IMG/VR virus record: IMGVR_UViG_3300020045_004452
Coordinates: 1 to 28,750 of that record
DNA length: 28,750 nt
Reading direction: 5' to 3' (one strand)
DNA from: a virus
Taxonomy: Duplodnaviria; Caudoviricetes
The notes beneath the pieces are model-generated. The model did no database searches. It was not told the origin of the DNA and worked only from the letters and a program-made list of their open reading frames with translations. Positions 25,379 through 28,750 of the stretch are shown piece by piece. Position 1 is the first letter of the stretch. Every line of letters begins with the position of its first letter. The translations under genes and the position numbers were made by a program.

Positions 25379-25612
25379 ATGAAAACAAAAAATACGGAAG
25401 AAATAAAACCATCCAACCCTCGTGCGTTTCCTGATTCATCTATGGTAGATAATTTAGGAATGACACTGAGAGATTATTTTGCAGCTAAAGCAATGCAGGC
25501 ATATATATCTACATATTCCTCTCAAACGTCTGCTGAGCAAATAAAAAGTCATTCTGAATACATTTCTACGATGGCTTACGAAATTGCAGACTCAATGCTA
25601 AGACAACGTTAA
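25379..25612 (+). CDS. Conserved small phage protein (GMTLRDYFAAKAM family), 77 aa
   Basis: PRAFP...GMTLRDYFAAKAMQA...AYEIADSML is a widespread phage motif. Start set at the ATG downstream of the promoter. Confidence 0.85.
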   Translation: MKTKNTEEIKPSNPRAFPDSSMVDNLGMTLRDYFAAKAMQAYISTYSSQTSAEQIKSHSEYISTMAYEIADSMLRQR

Positions 25613-25615
25613 ATA

Positions 25616-25777
25616 ATGAAATACACAGTAATAGTCTGGTATCACACAGTAATAGCTGGCGAACAGGAGCGGGATTTTGAGACGTACGAAGTAGAAGCAG
25701 TTGACGAACCACAAGCCAAGCGTAGGGCATTGGATCAGCATAAAAAAGGAATTCCATTTAAAACAGAAATTATATGA
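25616..25777 (+). CDS. Small hypothetical protein, 53 aa (not in ORF track)
   Basis: MKYTVIVWYHTVIAGEQERDFETYEVEAVDE...; ATGA overlap with ORF 25774. Confidence 0.65.
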   Translation: MKYTVIVWYHTVIAGEQERDFETYEVEAVDEPQAKRRALDQHKKGIPFKTEII

Positions 25778-25974
25778 ACAAAGCAGAAAAAATAATCCAG
25801 TCCATCAAAGAAAAGGGACTTACGGTAAATCGAGTAGAAAAAAAAGCAGGAGTAGAACAAGGCACGCTTAGACGTTGGGCTAAAACACCGCCAAAAACTA
25901 TGGAAATGGAAGACAGTATAAACCGAACCATAACAGAACTTAGCAATGAAAAGACAGGTAATAACACCGATTGA
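25774..25974 (+). CDS. Cro/XRE-like helix-turn-helix protein
   Basis: IKEKGLTVNRVEKKAGVEQGTLRRW fits an XRE-type HTH. Confidence 0.75.
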   Translation: MNKAEKIIQSIKEKGLTVNRVEKKAGVEQGTLRRWAKTPPKTMEMEDSINRTITELSNEKTGNNTD

Positions 25975-26125
25975 TTCAAATACAGCCGAAAGCATTGTGC
26001 AGTATTGGAAACATAGCCCGCTTAACAGTATACCAGCCATAGCAAAAAAATTTAACCAAACCGAAGCTGTTGTAAGTAGAGCGATTAATAAACACTTGGA
26101 AACATGTTTACCCCAAAATCACTAA
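25946..26125 (+). CDS. Small HTH-like protein, 59 aa (not in ORF track)
   Basis: MKRQVITPIDSNTAESIVQYW...SIPAIAKKFNQTEAVVSRAINKHL; bridges ORFs 25774 and 26104. Confidence 0.6.
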   Translation: MKRQVITPIDSNTAESIVQYWKHSPLNSIPAIAKKFNQTEAVVSRAINKHLETCLPQNH

Positions 26126-26544
26126 ACTTCTGCACCAGCGAAGCCAAGAAAGCAGAGGGTATTTATTGCGCTGCCTATGCCTGCCGAAATAAACCATGTG
26201 CTAAAAAGCGTGGATTATGTCACAAACATTATCACATTCACAGGCGCATTGTCGATCCTGTTTATGATAGGTATGTGAATTTTAGAGGTAATGCATTAAG
26301 ACGCTGTAAAGATTTCACTATCACGCTAGAGCAGTTTCGGGAATGGTGCGACAAAGAGGGATATATTGTGAAGCGTGGTTGTCGTGGTAAAAATGCTACT
26401 ATTGACCGAGTTATTAACACGGAGGGATATCACATTTGGAATATACAATTACTCAAAAATATGGCCAATATCAGGAAATACCACGACCACGATAAACATG
26501 TTACAGAATTACCAACAGATCATGAGGACTATGTGCCTTTTTAA
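26104..26544 (+). CDS. Zn-binding HNH-like protein, 146 aa
   Basis: CAAYAC...GLCHKHY Zn knuckle; TIDRVINTEGYHIWNIQLL...N is an IDR-type HNH-like segment. Confidence 0.6.
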   Translation: MFTPKSLNFCTSEAKKAEGIYCAAYACRNKPCAKKRGLCHKHYHIHRRIVDPVYDRYVNFRGNALRRCKDFTITLEQFREWCDKEGYIVKRGCRGKNATIDRVINTEGYHIWNIQLLKNMANIRKYHDHDKHVTELPTDHEDYVPF

Positions 26545-26556
26545 AAACTTATCATT

Positions 26557-26961
26557 ATGAAAAAATTAATATCAATGACTGATTATGTACTACAGCAATA
26601 TGAAGAGATACAACAATCAAATGTATTCGAAAACAATTGCTTTAATTACGCCAAATTCCTAAAACAGCCTTTAACGCTTGGAATGTTTGTTCCGTGTGAT
26701 TTAGAAGGAAATATAATGAAAGAGCCTTATATGGTTTTTGCAGACGATAACGAAGAATGTGACGATTATATAAAATTGTTCTGTGAAGCAAAAGAGCGTT
26801 GTTTATTTGAAATCCATTCTTTCGAAGAAGATTCAGAAAACTTCTGGTATTTTGGACTTGACGAATTTAAATTAATAGGCATTGATAAATCCGAAATTGT
26901 AGAATTGTTAGTAACCTACGGTATCGAACTAACTCTAACCGCCCAAAAGCAGATATCATGA
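26557..26961 (+). CDS. Hypothetical phage protein, 134 aa
   Basis: ORF with a TTAAAAACTTATCATTATG leader; NYAKFLKQPLTLGMFVPCD motif. Confidence 0.8.
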   Translation: MKKLISMTDYVLQQYEEIQQSNVFENNCFNYAKFLKQPLTLGMFVPCDLEGNIMKEPYMVFADDNEECDDYIKLFCEAKERCLFEIHSFEEDSENFWYFGLDEFKLIGIDKSEIVELLVTYGIELTLTAQKQIS

Positions 26962-27113
26962 CTAAACCCCCTAACGTACCATGCCCGCCACGTAACCCAC
27001 ACTGCAACGATATTATTGACAGCGTATCAATTGACAATCCTGTCTGGATAATCGCAATAATAGCTGGAATTATAATCTATTTATTAATCAAGAAAAAACT
27101 TATCAGGAAATGA
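26958..27113 (+). CDS. Small single-pass membrane peptide, 51 aa (not in ORF track)
   Basis: MTKPPNVPCPPRNPHCNDIIDSVSIDNPVWIIAIIAGIIIYLLIKKKLIRK*; ATGA overlaps at both ends. Confidence 0.7.
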   Translation: MTKPPNVPCPPRNPHCNDIIDSVSIDNPVWIIAIIAGIIIYLLIKKKLIRK

Positions 27114-27577
27114 AGAAAACTATTTTAGACGCATGTTGCGGAAGCAGGATGTTTTACTTTAACAAACAAAATCCAAATGTATTATTTGCCGATATTAGAA
27201 ATGAGGATCATATTTTATGCGATGGACGAGAATTAAAAATTAATCCAGATGTTATTTGTGATTTTAGAAATATGCCTTTTGATGATGAAAATTTCAAGAT
27301 GGTAATATTTGACCCTCCACATTTAAATAAGCTAGGGAAAAATAGCTGGATGGGTTTAAAATACGGTGTATTAAACGAAACTTGGCAGGAAGATTTAAGA
27401 AAAGGATTTTCCGAATGCTTCAGGGTTTTGGAAACAGGAGGAACTTTAATTTTTAAATGGAATGAAAATCAAATAAAAGTAAGCGAGATTTTAAAGCTTA
27501 CCGACATGATTCCGTTAATAGGACATAAATCAGGCAAAAGACAAGACACTCATTGGATAACATTTGTAAAGCATTAA
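27110..27577 (+). CDS. Small SAM-dependent (probably DNA amino-) methyltransferase
   Basis: SAM-binding ILDACCGSR motif and catalytic-type FDPPH motif. Confidence 0.85.
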   Translation: MKKTILDACCGSRMFYFNKQNPNVLFADIRNEDHILCDGRELKINPDVICDFRNMPFDDENFKMVIFDPPHLNKLGKNSWMGLKYGVLNETWQEDLRKGFSECFRVLETGGTLIFKWNENQIKVSEILKLTDMIPLIGHKSGKRQDTHWITFVKH

Positions 27578-27580
27578 GCC

Positions 27581-27793
27581 ATGGACAGAAAACAACACTT
27601 ACAAAAATTACCGCTTCAGAAAAGACTGCAAGCGATGGAGAACGCTCGTAGATATAGTTACAACTTTGGATTAAAAGAAATTCTAGAATACGAAACATCT
27701 GGAAAACAATTACTTTCAGGAATGTTTAACTTCATGAACAGCAGGCAAGGTCACGACTATTGGATGAATATCGATAGAAAATATTTTGCATGA
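27581..27793 (+). CDS. Hypothetical protein, 70 aa
   Basis: ATGA overlap with the helicase; F.F..S.QGHDYW motif. Confidence 0.7.
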   Translation: MDRKQHLQKLPLQKRLQAMENARRYSYNFGLKEILEYETSGKQLLSGMFNFMNSRQGHDYWMNIDRKYFA

Positions 27794-28750
27794 AGCCCTA
27801 TCCTTACCAGAGAAAAGACATTGACGAAATATTTTTAGCATTCGAAACTGAAAATCGCGTACTGTATCAACTTGCTACTGGAGGCGGTAAAACCGCAATG
27901 TTTTCTTTTATATCAAAAAAATTTATTAAAGATACCGGAAGGCGAGTTCTCGTTCTGGCTCACCGTGACAAGCTGATAAAGCAAACGCTTAAAACTATGC
28001 GCACAATCGGGGTTACAAGCGAAAGCGTAATAGCTTCTAAAAAATCATTACAACATTCCAGTGATGCTTATGTCGCAATGATTCAGACCATTAAGAACCG
28101 TCTAGCAGATAACCCATTATTTGTAAAAAATATTGGTTTGATCGTGATCGATGAAGCGCACCTTGACATGCATAGTTCGATATTCGAATATTTTCCAGAT
28201 GCTCAGATATTAGCTGTAACTGCTACACCTATTTCATTAAAAAAAATAACTTTCACAAAATGCGGAATCTGCAGCCGAATACACGACGCAGTAACTATGT
28301 GCTGTAAGTTTGAAACCTACGAATATACACGTAAATTCCACTACAGCGAAACATACGGACATATCGTGATAGGGAAAAGCATTTCGGAGCTTATAATGGA
28401 CGGCGAATTGGTTCGTGATCTGAATTATGAAGTCGGATCTGTTGACCGTAGTTCTTTCGAGATTGACAGTAAGACTGGAGATTTTGATAAAAAATCTACT
28501 GAAAAATATTTTGGTGAATTTAATGTAGTGAAAAATTATGAGCAGATTTGTTTTGGAGAAAAAACTATTATTTTCAACAGCTCCACCTCAACAAACAAAC
28601 ATTGCTTTGAAAATTTCCGTGATGCTGGATATGATAATGTAAGAATGATTGATTCTGTCAACACGAAAAAAGCGGAAGTAGATCCAATTTTGGAATGGTT
28701 CAGAGTTACACCAGACGCTATTTTATTAAATTGTGATGTGTTAACAGCCG
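27790..28750 (+). CDS. Superfamily 2 DEAH-box helicase (3' truncated by the window end; not in ORF track)
   Basis: MKPYPYQ Q-motif, LATGGGKT Walker A, LVLAHR, IVIDEAH and VTATP; the frame stays open to the window end. Confidence 0.92.
   Translation, partial: MKPYPYQRKDIDEIFLAFETENRVLYQLATGGGKTAMFSFISKKFIKDTGRRVLVLAHRDKLIKQTLKTMRTIGVTSESVIASKKSLQHSSDAYVAMIQTIKNRLADNPLFVKNIGLIVIDEAHLDMHSSIFEYFPDAQILAVTATPISLKKITFTKCGICSRIHDAVTMCCKFETYEYTRKFHYSETYGHIVIGKSISELIMDGELVRDLNYEVGSVDRSSFEIDSKTGDFDKKSTEKYFGEFNVVKNYEQICFGEKTIIFNSSTSTNKHCFENFRDAGYDNVRMIDSVNTKKAEVDPILEWFRVTPDAILLNCDVLTA

Larger units (their letters stand above)
1..28750. mobile_element. Bacteroidota (Flavobacterium-like) siphovirus-type phage or prophage segment
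   Basis: Contiguous terminase, portal, protease, capsid, tape measure, lysis and recombination genes, with no host housekeeping genes. No integrase or att site is visible, so free phage versus prophage cannot be decided. Confidence 0.93.

Noticed and set aside
25622-25663. Short repeat ACACAGTAATAG twice
   Set aside because: Only two 12-bp copies inside a small ORF (TVI twice); not a CRISPR or iteron array.
25566-26040. Minus-strand ORFs opposite the HTH cluster
   Set aside because: The plus strand is fully tiled by coupled small genes, including two missed by the ORF track.
1-28750. CRISPR array, diversity-generating retroelement, integrase/att site, alternative genetic code
   Set aside because: No repeat-spacer array, reverse transcriptase, template/variable repeat pair or recombinase seen. 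Genes are intact under the standard code and use all three stop codons.

Overview
The whole window looks like part of a tailed dsDNA phage or prophage (siphovirus-like) of a Bacteroidota host, most likely Flavobacterium-like. Support for the host: low GC, TAnnTTTG promoters, no Shine-Dalgarno sites, a DUF3127-type SSB and a Q-rule signal peptide. Gene order: early/unknown genes (1-2858), terminase small and large subunits, tail/neck genes and tape measure, a moron-like gene, prohead protease-scaffold, major capsid, probable major tail protein, portal, adaptor, fibre-like proteins, lysis cassette, a regulatory intergenic region (22468-22782), a leftward recombination operon (SSB, HNH, unknown, YqaJ), a divergent promoter region, and rightward HTH, HNH-like, methyltransferase and SF2 helicase genes. 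No integrase, tRNA, rRNA or CRISPR array is seen. The most striking feature is a motif, (TT)AAAACTTATC, just upstream of about ten mostly non-virion start codons. A predicted ~50-nt small RNA (minus strand, ~22718-22771, with a -7 promoter box and a UUCG terminator) begins with the exact reverse complement of that motif, suggesting a multi-target translational switch. Other candidates are a perfect sigma-54 promoter driving a 27-aa peptide, a repeated V-x-M-S-A putative protease site, a fibre-like protein with a Sec signal peptide, and a possible spanin-less lysis peptide. All family assignments come from recognising motifs by eye; no database search was run.
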